A stretch of 64,000 nucleotides of DNA, taken from contig OZ281494.1 of NCBI GenBank assembly GCA_965637545.1, forward strand, positions 35,402,001 to 35,466,000, written 5' to 3'. The translations under genes were made by a program, and so were the position numbers. This DNA is from Phallusia mammillata. Taxonomy: Eukaryota. Shown here piece by piece: positions 11,999 to 24,800 of the stretch; position 1 is the stretch's first letter; each line of letters opens with the position of its first letter. The notes under the pieces are model-generated. The model was not told the origin of the DNA and made no database searches. It saw only the letters and a program-made list of their open reading frames with translations.

Positions 11999-14900
11999 GC
12001 CCGCCCCAAACTGTTGAATCAGTTAAACTCTCGCGCCAGAGCAACTTTCTTGTGCCAGTTTGCCAAAACAACGTCCTAATGCGACTATTAGGCTATTAGA
12101 GTGCACCGTTTGGCCAAACAGCATTTCTGCCAACATGCAATAGCGCCCACTTTCGCTTTAGATTGTGTTTATTTTTAAAACACGTAGTGACAATGTAATG
12201 TTTCGCTCAACTGTCCTGTCAACGCGTGTCGCATAGAGAATATGACACATTTCTCGTGTTTCAGTTGCTCTTAGCTCTAAAATAACAAATCAAGTGTAAG
12301 GCGAGTGTTTATCATGTGAAAGGTGCGAAAAACAAAAAAACAGTGACCACAAAGTAATGGTATCTAAACAATCTTAACAAAAGGTGGAATATTGTTCAGG
12401 GTGGATTAAATAACAGAACAACGATTGTTTAAGTTACACAAATTGTTAAAATTAAAATGCAGATATGGTGGTTTTTCTTAATCTATCTTAAAAACTGGTG
12501 GGAAGGCCAGGTAGGATATTTTACGTCTGCTGCAAACGCCTTGTTATGTAAACATATCAATGTGAAACAGCTCAGTTTAACAACTCAACTGGTTAAAATA
12601 TCTTGCAGCGTCCCAAACTATTCAGCTTAACTGACATAAAAACGACCCCCACTTACATCACATACGGAACCTCCTATAAATACGTCTCGTTCGGTTGAGC
12701 GCACAAAGAGTGAAGTAGCTCGCCTGACACGACAAAGGTAGACAGGCCCCGTAATATGAAACGACAGCATTCTCCGAGACTGTGGTTACATACATCTTGA
12801 AGGGTAACAAATTACCATTGCCGAAACTGTATGGGTACCTGTATCCTGCCTGGGCTGTTTCTTTATTGACGGAGGAGTATTTACGGTACTTATATTCACT
12901 TTGCGTTTTCCTTTGTCTATGACTGAGATGCGTTCAGTTTAAATCATATCATTTGAGGCACTGAGTTACCTGTAACACAGATTGTGAGAAATGTACCTAA
13001 CGTAAAACTGTTCAGGCTTTTTCTGCCACTTTGTTACAACTAAGTTTAACTACTTTATAAGAAACAATGGGTTTTTGCTGTAAGAGATGCATAGGACCCG
13101 ATCCACTTTATTATACTTAACAGTGTATCTAAGTAAGCGCCCTGAACTATTTCACCTGTCTAACTTCAGGGCTAAAACAAACATATCGTCTTACACAGAC
13201 TTCCAATATGAGCCTCATTAATTGAAAAAGTCTCAACATCGACTATGATCTGTGTTTTTTCCGCATATTGCAATACTTACAGCAAAATAATCCTTAACAA
13301 ATCCACAAGCAGAGGTGGTCTGCGCGCTCGGTAATTGGAAACCTTTTGTCCTAAACTACTTCTACACCAATGTCACTTCTTCCTTCTAGCAGAATATCAT
13401 TGCTGAATCTGCACCAGGTATCTAGAGGGTACGTGCTTTAACATTTATATAATGCTTTAGCATTCTGTAGAAGCTTGTTTCGGCGTTAAAGCTGCTAGTT
13501 TGTGCAGTGCTGTCATTGGTCGCGGACTGCATTTGTTACGTTACTGCACCTTTTTAAAACCTTAATTTGAATCTAAACATGTAAAATGTGGATTGGGTGA
13601 TTAGGCTTTCAATACATGTTTTTCTCTTCAGATGGTTGCCCAAATTGTGGTCTTGTCACAATCACTCACCTTTTTGTAACTGAGGGTCACATAACACCTA
13701 ACTATGACTTGTATTTTACTGTTCAATTTACTGATTTTGCAAATGAGACAGGAACTGAGATTTGTGAAACTAAGTTAGGGAGAAGTTTTAAACACAACAT
13801 ATTTTGATATTTAGATGTGTCAACGGTTGACACCAACATTATACAAAAAATGTAACCAAACATAAATGTTTTGTTAAACTTTTCAACAGAAAATTCATTC
13901 TCGCCAACAGTCGTGATAAGGTTACTTTAAAATCATGTTTTTTCACGATTTCAGAGACGTTTTGCTATAATTTATTCGATAGGTGAAATTCTCCAAACCA
14001 CGCTTACTGAAAAAACAAAGCAGAAACCACAAAGTATTAAAAAACTCCCGCCTCCATAAATATCACGAAAGTTTTATGCTTCAGTGCACATTGCATGCCG
14101 TGAAATCAAGACCTTAATATGGCTACACGAATATCATTAATCAAGAATACCTCACCTTATAAAAATCTTAAATGACGACATAGTGAATCTGGCGAGATGA
14201 AATAACTAATGTGCAAAGGTTTTATGTGAACAGTGCACAGTGACTCTACAAGCAGCCTGTATTGTGTTTGAAGCTACAGAGGTAATCAGAAGACCAACAC
14301 TGCAACAAGTTCACTAATCCTTAAAATGTTTGCTGTTTGTGATCCAATGCCCATAACATATAAAAGCAGGAAAGGTTTTGATGCAGTAATATAACTCACC
14401 AAGTTAATTTATATTAGGGTTAACATACGTCCCGAATGTCCTTGACATGTCTGGAATTTGGGCGTAAAATCTGTGTCCGGAAATAACTTTAAAAACACTC
14501 TCAAAGTCCGGAATGTTAACGCCAAGTAGCTTCACCTACAGTGGTGTTCACAATTCTTCTTATGGGGCTAAAGGGTTTACGTTATAACGGTTGTCTGCGC
14601 TGATGTTAATGGCTTGATGCGCGATGCACACTACTGCGAATATTCATGTGACTATTACGCGTTTTGAAAAGCTAACAATATTCTGTTAAAAGGACCGGAT
14701 TTAGTTAAACTTTTTGTTTTGTAACTCATTTAGAAACAAAACTGCGCCTTTTTCTCTTTGGTAGTAATGGTATTAACTATTAACTGGCGACAACGTGCTT
14801 TGTAATTGCATTGTAAAAGAACTTTGGTGTGGACCAAGACAGTTATTAAAACCGTAAAATCTAAATCTAAAAAATCCGTTTTTTAGGTGTTCTGAAAAAT

Positions 14901-15419
14901 CATTTCTAAGATATTTCGTTTCCAATATTAATATAGTACGGTTAAATGACTACGAATTCTGACGCAGCACTCTGTTGCAGTAGCACCATTGTTTGTAGCA
15001 AACTAACGTGATTACGTCAAAAGCGTATAGCGTACGGACTCGGGTGACGCAGCGAATGACTTGATTAGGTCGACGTTGAAAACTTTTCAAAATTGTCTTT
15101 GGTTAGACTTTAAACACAATCTCGATGTTGTGGTATGTGACTTGTTTAGTCCTGATTAAGGGCGGTGTCCATACGTTTTTGTAGACGAAGGAGCTTTACT
15201 TACATTTACTTTGCGTTTTCCTTTGTAAAATCCCAAACTAACAGAGTTTACTGATTAAAAAAACGATCGATAAGCGCTCAGTTCTATTAGGTCAAAAACA
15301 AACCCAGCGCCTCACACAGACTTACTGTATTTGCCTCACATCAATGAAAAAGATCCAACATCGACCATGATCTGATTTTCCCCCCACATCGCCTTACTCA
15401 TCCAAAAATAACCCCCAGC

Positions 15420-18400
15420 AAGTCACAAGCCTCGTTGGTCGGCGAGCAAAAAGGCGAGGGTAACTTCTGTCACGTCACGCACCTTACACGACAAAGACAG
15501 GCAAGTTCCGTAATTTGAAACCAGAGCTTTATCCGAGACTGCGGTTACACGCAGCATTGAAAGTAAACAAAATACGATTGTTAAAGCTGTACATACCTAC
15601 CCACATAGGGTACGTGCTTCAGCTTTGCCATAAGTTTGATTTTAGAGCCAAACTATACATCTGCTGAAACCTAAATACTTTTATTTTGTTTTTGTTTCTA
15701 GTAATATAAGATCTGTTGCGGTGTTTTGCGAAATCATTTGTATGATATTTTAGTATTCAATGCACAAATGCTATTTCGAAACGGTTGACACAAGTTGACC
15801 AGGCTAAGCTTGCATTGTTGTAGTGTTTTTGTCGATGTGATTGCGAGGTTTTTGTTTCATCAAGCGGTTCGCGTTGGTTACTCGGGACGTTACTGCTCCT
15901 TTTCTGTTTTTTTTTTCGCGGGGTTCGAACCAAGGACACTCCTGTCCCGGGGACGAATCCCTATCTAGTTTTTTATGTCGGTATGTGGGTCAGTGACGTT
16001 ACGAATGAATCAACCGGTTCAAAACCAAGTTTTATGCTTAGGTGACTAGTTTAAATACTGATTTGGGTGAGCGTACAGGAACTTTTGAGAGAATCATAGT
16101 TTATCGAGGAGTAGTTAATCTTTGCGTTTCCTGTTGCACAATTGCTCATGGCTGAGTTGGTTAAAGTTCAAATCATATTACATGAAGCACAAAGTAAATG
16201 TAAACAAGGACTTTGACAATGCTCATCACCTAACACTGCAAAGGTATTCATGTTAACAGTATGTAGTCAGTCACACTGTCCGTAGATCTATTGCGTTTTT
16301 TAGGCTGAAGCGATAATTAATCTGTGGTATTTATTGCAAAGCACCCGCTTCGGAAAACCGAAGACCTACGCTGAAACACGAAAATGTTCTCACTTTTTTC
16401 CTCGACGTTTATTCAATTCCAGTAAATTACAAAAGTAGAAAAGGATTTGTTATAGAACGTTAATTTACCCTCGCATACTTATGTCTCGTTCGTTCGAGCG
16501 CAAAAAGAGTGATGTCATGCACCAGACACGACCAAGGCAGACAGGCCCCGTAATTTCAATCCAAAGCTTTTGTCTGCGGTTGCGTACATCACTGAAAGTC
16601 AACTAAATACCAGCACGTAGACCTACCGGCCATAGCTACTCTATGGTACACAGAGGTTTCGTGTTGACGAATTGTGTCGAATGCAAACGAAATAATTATT
16701 TTAGTTTTCGTTTTCACGTCCTAAGGTTAAGCAAAATCAATAAAACTAAATAAAGCGTTCAGCGAATTTTAAAGACATTTCGTTTTTCATGACCAACATC
16801 CAATCTTGACAAATAACGACCAAGCAAAACTGCTACAAGCAGGGAGTCGAACCGGAACTGAACCCGAATCCGAGAACCGGTTTGAGCGGTTAATTTCATC
16901 AAACCCGAACCGAATCCGGACCGCTAATTACGATTTCCTAAAAACCCGAACCGGAGTTGAACCCTATATATTGTTTGGCGTTGCACCCGAACCGGAACCG
17001 AAGCAGTAAAAGTGCAGTTTGTTTTATATTTCGTGATGTTTTACAAAACAGAGCACTGAAGAATGCGCGAGATAACACTTATAGGGCGTGTCAAAAATAA
17101 CATTGCATGGTTGGAATTCTTTTGGACTTTGATAAGTCCAGGCAGAGCCACACTATACAATATAGAGAATCTGGTCCAGGTAGATGATGGGTAGAATTAA
17201 ATTGAAACGAATGAAAATTTGAACCGGTTTAAAAACCGCAAACCGATTCGGATCGGATGATTTGCCCAAACCTGAACCGAACCCGAACCCTTAAAAACAA
17301 AGCAAAGTGAACCCGAACCGAACCTGTACCCATATGACTAGCGGTTCGACTCCCTGGCTACAAGCATGGCTTTTTCTACTGCGCTGCATTTTTAAACTGC
17401 GCTATAACATCGGGAAAATGCGGTATACATTTTGTACGAATTTTGGTTTTACCATTTTGCCCAGAGGTTTTTCTGCATCCTTAGTAGTGAATGTTTGTTA
17501 TTTGCCGTTCACCTTTGAAGGTATCAAATATTTAATCAAAGTTTAATTAGGACTTACAACAGTGGGCACGTAAATGTTTAAACGTCGATCTTACGTCATA
17601 ATTAAATCAGGAATACATGTTAATGACGCGATACCTAAAGATTGATTATGTGCCACAGAATGTATTTTACAACTTCAATTTTAGTTGCTTTCAATGTTTC
17701 CACAAAAACAGCAATACCGTTGTAAGTAAAGAGAATTTGTTGTTGTCCCCGTTTTAATGAATTTGAATTTTTGCCATAAGTTCATTAATTGGTTTTTAGT
17801 GAAGGATTTCGGAATAATAAACTCGTACAATTCAACGGTAATTTGCAGAACCATAGCTGTGTAGCAATTCAATAATGTTTTTTCAGAGCAATTGGTTCAA
17901 AATGTCCGAAAGTTAATATTGGCGTAGCACAGCTGAGGTGCCTTTGTCGTTTGTCACGGTGGTGACTTTGCCAGGAACACGGCTGGGTTGGTTTGAGGTC
18001 AGCAGAGGATAATCTAATAAAGTTTGCAAAGACTCGACCTATTCCTGTTGCAATTGGCAATCAAGTAGAAAAGTACAAATGGTGTGCACAGTTAAACCTG
18101 TACTATGGAGATGCGCGAATCCTGTCAAATCTCTACATAGTTTCAGTGCGAACACACAACTTATTTTTCAAACACGCTGTTGCCCTTGAACCTTTTTTTG
18201 GCAACGCCAATGCCATACAAATTGTTGCAAACTAATATATTAAAGGAAAGGCGAGTGCTGTCGCAATAAATGTGAGTTTTTAAATCACGTACACAATTAG
18301 ATGGAATGTCATTTTAAGTTTCAGTTGTCTGTAAAGCAAGCACCATTTTCTTAGAAAAACAAACTGTTAAAACTTAAGACAAATTTTAGCAAGTTTTCCA

Positions 18401-21400
18401 AACCTGCAGACACAACGTTTTTTTGCTCAAACTAACGCTTCGAAAATCGTTTAAATATCAAACTTAAAACCTTTATATGTGGGCTGTAAAAAAATCGTTT
18501 CAACAATCACTTTGTCATCATAAGCGCAACACGTCAATCTACTTAAACTAAGCTGTATAAAAGCAACGAAGGTGTTGTTTGTTTATGTTGCGTTTTTCAA
18601 TTTGCACACATGCAGGCACGCAGACAAGGTTACCTCATTGCTATCTGAAAACATGTTACTTAAACAACTGCATTAATGCGCCATTTTTTCCCCTGAAAGC
18701 GGTAGCTCAGTAACAATAAAAAATTTGCATCGTACCAACCAGAATTAAATAGCAACGACTTCATTAATTGTTGCGCTTTCCGTTATACAATTGCACCTAA
18801 CATAAAACTGTTCCGATCTTTTTTGTCAATTCGACTACTTCATAAAAAAGACAATTCGTTTCTGCTGTAACAGATGCATTGGAGTTGTCCCTTTAAATTT
18901 ACCTAACAACTCACTTAACAGAATATCTGAGTTTACTGATTTACAAAACAATCTGTAAGCGCTCCGTGGTACAGTTAAAAAACAAACCCAGCGCCTCACA
19001 CGACTTCCTATGTGCCTTACATCAACTGAAAAAGTTTCAACATCGACTACGATCTACTTTTTTCTCGTCACGTCGCCTCTCCAAAAATAACTCCTAGCAA
19101 GTCACAAGCCTAGTTGGTTTGCACGCATAAAGGCGAGGGCAACTTCTGTCACGTCACGCACCTGGCACGTCAAAGTAGACAGGCTCCATAATTGAAAACC
19201 AGAGCTTTGTTCGTCTACAGACGTTTACAGAGGGTACGTGCTACTGGTTTGTACGTAATTTTTGTTTCAAATCCACTATTTCAAACTAAAAACGCTCAAC
19301 ACATGTTGACCAGTCCAAGCTTGAATTATTGTAGTGTTTTTGTAGATGTGAAAGCGAGTTTTTTTTTTCACCATGCGGTTATCCCGTTAGTTAATCGGCA
19401 CGTTACTGCGCCGTTTCGGGTTCAATGCATTAGCGCGTCACAATATTTTCGGAGAAGTAATAAACAAACGAACTGAAGCGCAGTACACCTATGTGAAAAA
19501 TCCAAGACTCTGTCCTGACAAGCTCAGGAGCAGCTAAGGTCAAGGACGGTGGCATTGGTTTAGTTTGTGCCAAACTAATTAATCTTGCGCATTTTCACCG
19601 TTCATAGAGTCGCCACAAACACTTTTTCACTGGATTTGAACCGAACAGGCTCCGGGGAACGAATCCTGATCAAGTTTTTTTTTGTGCCTTTTGTTTGTCA
19701 AACTCTCGCACCATCATAATTTCTTGCGCCAAACGACTAAATCGTCGCCTGATGGTGCTATACCAGTTAAACGGCTGGCTGGTCATTCTAATAGGACTGC
19801 TGGGCTACTAAAGTGCACCGTTTGGCCAAACAGCAATTTTGCCAAAATGCAATAGCGACCACTTGTGTATTTATGCAAATTTCCTTTTTTAACACATGGT
19901 GACGCTGTAACGCGTTGCTACATTTTGTTGAGAACATGTGTCTGGCGCTTAAAAAAGAAAAGAAAAAAGAAAAAAAAATGTGTCTGGCGCTATGAAAAAA
20001 CGATCCTGACCGTGCACAGACGAAAAAACCTGATCGAGTTTCTTCCTAAGGAGCGTCCGTGGTTCGAACCCCGTAAAAAAGTTTATGGCGACAAACGTGT
20101 TTATGATATGTGACGAGCCGCACGGTTATTTGGGACGGCACAAACTAAAACCAATACCACCGTCCTTAACCTTCACAGCTCCTGCGCTTTTTAGGACAGA
20201 CTTGTGTATCACAAGTTAGTTGGTCTAAAACAAACAAACCAAACGTAAGGCGAGTGTTTCAAAAAATTCAGATTGTCTGTCAAGAATACGCATCGCACTT
20301 ACATCACACACAGAACCTCATATAAACAAGTCTCGTTCGGTTAAGTGCACAAATGTGAAGTAACTCACCTGACACGGAAAAAGCACGCATGTTTGGTAAT
20401 TGGAAACGAGAGTTGAGTCTGCGTTACACACATCACCAAACGTTAACAAAATGCCATTATTGAATCTGTACGTAACTGGCATACTTGTCTAATCTGCTTT
20501 AACGTTCACAGAGATTATTTTGCTGAAACATTGGGAAGGTTGCTTTTATAACCAATCTACATCAAATGCAAACAAAAAATATGTGTCGTTTTCGTTCCCA
20601 AATCTAAACCAAACTAAAACATAAGTTTGTTTAAGTGTTCTGAAAATACACCATCTGAGATATTTTTTTGACCAATATCAAATAACCACCAAGCAAAACT
20701 GCTACAAGCTTGGGTGATTGTATTGTGCTGCGTTCTTAAGCTGCGCTCAGATACTGAAAAAACGCGGCACATTTTGTACGAATTTTAGTTTTACCCTTTT
20801 TGCCTAGAGATTTTTCTGTGTCCTTAGTAGTGAGTGTTTAGGAATTTACCGCGAATCCTGTCACATATCTAAATAGTTTCGGCGCACCTACACAACTTAA
20901 TTTTCAAACACGCTGTGACGTTATAACATTCTACTACACTTTTTGGTCAATGACAAAAAATATTACATGTTAATCTTTTCCTTAGTCTGCTTATCCTTGC
21001 AAACTAACAGATTGAAGTAAAGGCGAGTGCTGTCGCAGTAAATGTGAGATTTTCAATCACGTGCACAACCAGATGAAATGTCATTTTAAGTTTCGGTTGA
21101 CTGTGTAGCAAACTCAATCGTCGAAGAAACAAAAATTGATGCCTTGGACTCGTTCCTTTGGATTTACCAGTATATCTGTGTTTGCTAGATTAGAAAACAA
21201 TCTGTGTGCGCTTCGTACTATTAGTTAAAAAACAAACACAGCCCCTCACAAAGACTTACTGTATGTGCCTTGCATTAACCCAAATAGCTGGTCTGCTTTC
21301 TTCTCCCTACGTCGCCTGACTTCTCCACAAATAACCGCCTGCAAATCCGCAAGCATAGTTGGTCTGCGCACAAAAAGACGAGGGCAACTTCTGTCACGTC

Positions 21401-21830
21401 ACGCACCTTACACGACAAAGGCGGGCGGGTCTCCTAATTGCAAACCAGAGCTTTGTTCCGGACTGCGGTTGCACACTTTGTTGAAGCTGTACGTACCTAC
21501 CCACGTCTACAGGGGGTAGGTGCTTCAGCTTTGTACGTTATTCTTGTTTCAAATGTACTATTTCAAATGAAAAACGCTCAACACAAGTTGACCAGGCCAA
21601 TCCCGAATTATTGTAGTGTTTTTGTATATGTGAATGTCCTGACAAGCTTAGGATCTGCTAAGGTTAAGGACGGTGGCATTGGTTTAGTTTGTGTCGAACT
21701 AATCAATCTTGCGGCTTTTCACAGATCATAATGTCACCACAAACACTTTTTGACTGTGGAGCAAGCACAATTGCCTCGTCAACGCAACTTTTGCTACTGG
21801 CACATTGACATTACGTCGCCGTTTTTCCAA
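15420..21830. repeat. Recent ~6.4-kb tandem duplication, unit 1
   Basis: Constant offset ~6390 to unit 2 (15601 vs 21995; MITE 16840 vs 23233; 19021 vs ~25409). Later offsets shift with indels. Confidence 0.92.
16840..17356. mobile_element. hAT MITE, 517 bp, GAACCG-rich subterminal repeats
   Basis: Perfect 15-bp TIR cagggagtcgaaccg / cggttcgactccctg; perfect 8-bp TSD gctacaag. Confidence 0.95.
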
Positions 21831-24800
21831 GCCTCGCAAGTCACAAGCCTCGTTGGTCGGCGCACAAAAAGGCAAGGGCAGCGTATGTGACGTCACGCAC
21901 CTTATAAGACAACGACAGGCAGGCCACGTAATTGCAAACCAGAGCTTTGTTCCCGAGTGCGGTTGCACACTTTGTTGAAACTGTACGTACCTACCCACAT
22001 AGGGTACGTGCTTCATCTGTGTAATAAGTTTGATTTTAGAGCCAAACTATACATCTGCTGAAACCTAAATACTTTTATTTTGTTTTGTTTCTAGTAATAT
22101 AAGATCTGTTGCGGTGTTTTGCGAAATCATTTGTATGGTATTTTAGTATTCAATGCACAAATGCTATTTCGAAACGGTTGACACAAGTTGACCAGGCCAA
22201 GCTTGTATTGTTGTAGTGTTTTTGTAGATGTGATTGCGAGGTTTTTGTTTCATCAAGCGGTTCGCGTTGGTTACTCGGGACGTTACTGCTCCTTTTCTGT
22301 TTTTTTTTCGCGGGGTTCGAACCCAGGACACTCCTGTCCCGGGACGAATCCCAATCTAGTTTTTTATGTCGGTATGTGGGTCAGTGACGTTACGAATGAA
22401 TCAATCAGTTCAAAACCAAGTTTTATGCTTAGGTGACTAGTTTAAATACTGATTTGGGTGAGCGTACAGGAACTTTTGAGAGAATCATAGTTTATCGAGG
22501 AGTAGTTAATCATTGCGTTTTCTGTTGCACAATTGCTCATGGCTGAGTTGGTTAAAGTTAAAATCATATTACATGAAGCACAAAGTAAATGTAAACATGG
22601 ACTTTGACAATGCTCATCACCTAACACTGCAAAGGTATTCATGTTAACAGTATATATTCAGTCACACTGTCCGTAGATCTATTGCGTTTTTGAGGCTGAA
22701 GCGATAATTAATCTGTGGTATTTATTGCAAAGCACCCGCTTCGGAAAAACGAAGACCTTCGCTGAAACACGAAAATGTTCTCACTTTTTTCCTCGACGTT
22801 AATTCAATTCCAATAAATTACAAAAGTAGAAAAGGATTTGTTATAGAACGTTAGTTTACCCTCGCATAAATAAGTCTCGTTCGTTCGAGCGCAAAAAGAG
22901 TGATGTCATGCATCAGACACGACTAAAGTGAGACAGGCCCCCGTAATTCCAAACCAAAGCTTTTGTCTGCGGTTGCGTACATCACTGAAAGTCAACTAAA
23001 TACCAGCACGTAGACCTACCTGCCTTAGCTACTCTATGGTACACAGAGGTTACGTGTTGACGAATTGCGTCGAATGCAAACGAAACAATTATTTTAGTTT
23101 TCGTTTTCACGTCCTAAGGTTAAGCAAAATAAATGAAACTAAATAAAGCGTTCAGCGAATTTTAAAGACATTTCGTTTTTAATGACCAATATCCAATCTT
23201 GACAAATAACGACCAAGCAAAACTGCTACAAGCAGGGAGTCGAACCGGAACTGAACCCGAATCCGCGAAACGGTTTGAGCAGTTAATTTCATCAAACCCG
23301 AACCGAACCCGGTCCGCTAATTACGATTTCCTAAAAACCCGAACCGGAGTTGAACGTTATATATAGTTTGGCGTTGCACCCGAACCGGAACCGAAGCAGT
23401 AAAAGTGCAGTTTGTTTAATATTTTGTGATTTTTTACAAAACAGAGCACTGAAGAATGTGCGAGATAACACTTATAGGGCGTGTCAAAAATAACATTGCA
23501 TGGTTGGAATTTTTTTGGACTTCAATAAGTCCAGACAGAGCCACAGTATACAATATAGAGAATCTGGTCCAGGTAGATGATGGGCAGAATTAAATTGAAA
23601 CGAATGAAAATTTGAACCGGTTTAAAAACCGCAAACCGATTCGGATCGGATGATTTGCCCAAACCTGAACCGAACCCGAACCCTTAAAAACAAAGCAAAG
23701 TGAACCCGAACCGATCCTGAACCCATATGACTAGCGGTTCGACTCCCTGGCTACAAGCATGGCTTTTTCTACTGCGCTGCATTTTTAAACTGCGCTATAA
23801 CATCGGGAAAATGCGGTATACATTTTGTAAGAATTTTGGTTTTACCATTTTGCCCAGAGGTTTTTCTGCGTCCTTAGTAGTGAATGTTATTTGCCGTTCA
23901 CCTTTGAAGGTATCAAATATTTAATCAAAGTTTAAATAGGACATACAACAGTGGACACGTAAATGTTTAAACGTCGATCTTACGTCATAATTAAATCAGG
24001 AATACATGTTAATGACGCGATACCTAAAGATTAATTATGTGTCACAGAATATATTTTGCAACTTCAATTTTAGTTGCTCTCAATGTTTCCACAAAAACAG
24101 CAATACCGTTGTAAGTAAAGAGAATTTGTTGTTGTCCCCCGTTTTAATGAATTTGAATTTTTGCCATAAGTTCATTAATTGGTTTTTAGTGAAGGATTTC
24201 GGAATAATAAACTCGTACAATTCAACGGTAATTTGCAGAATCATAGCTGTGCAGCAATTCAATAATGTTTTATTAGAGCAATTGGTTTAAAATGTCCGAA
24301 AGTTAATATTGGCGTAGCACAGCTGAGGTGCCTTTGTCGTTTGTCACGGTGGTGACTTTGCCAGGAACACGGCTAGGTTGGTTTGAGGTCAGCAGGGGAT
24401 AATCTAAGAAAGCTTGCATAGACCTATTCCTGTTGCAATTGGCAATCAAGTAAAAAAGTACAAATGGTGTGCATTGTTAAACCTGTGCTATGGAAATACG
24501 TGAATCCTGTCACATCTCTACATAGTTTCAGTGCGAACACACAACTTATTTTTCAAACACGCGGTGGCCCTTGAACCTTTTTTTGGCAACGCCAATGCCA
24601 TAAAAATTGTTGCAAACTAATATATTAAAGGAAAGGCGAGTGCTGTCGCAATAAATGTGAGTTTTTAAATCACGTACACAATTAGATGGAATGTCATTTT
24701 AAGTTTCAGTTGACTGTGAAGCAAGCACAATTTTCTTAGAAAAACAAATTGTTAAAACTTAAGACAAATTTTAGCAAGTTTTCCAAACATGCAGACACAA

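Noticed and set aside
13616-13807. Plus-strand exon after a strong acceptor (ttttctcttcag at ~13631)
   Set aside because: No recognisable domain, convincing donor or partner exons.
21265-21731. Paired ORFs repeated at 27920-28386, 19192/25579 and 17307/23727
   Set aside because: They recur only because of the tandem duplication. Starts and ends shift between copies, there are no domain motifs, and there is no splice support.
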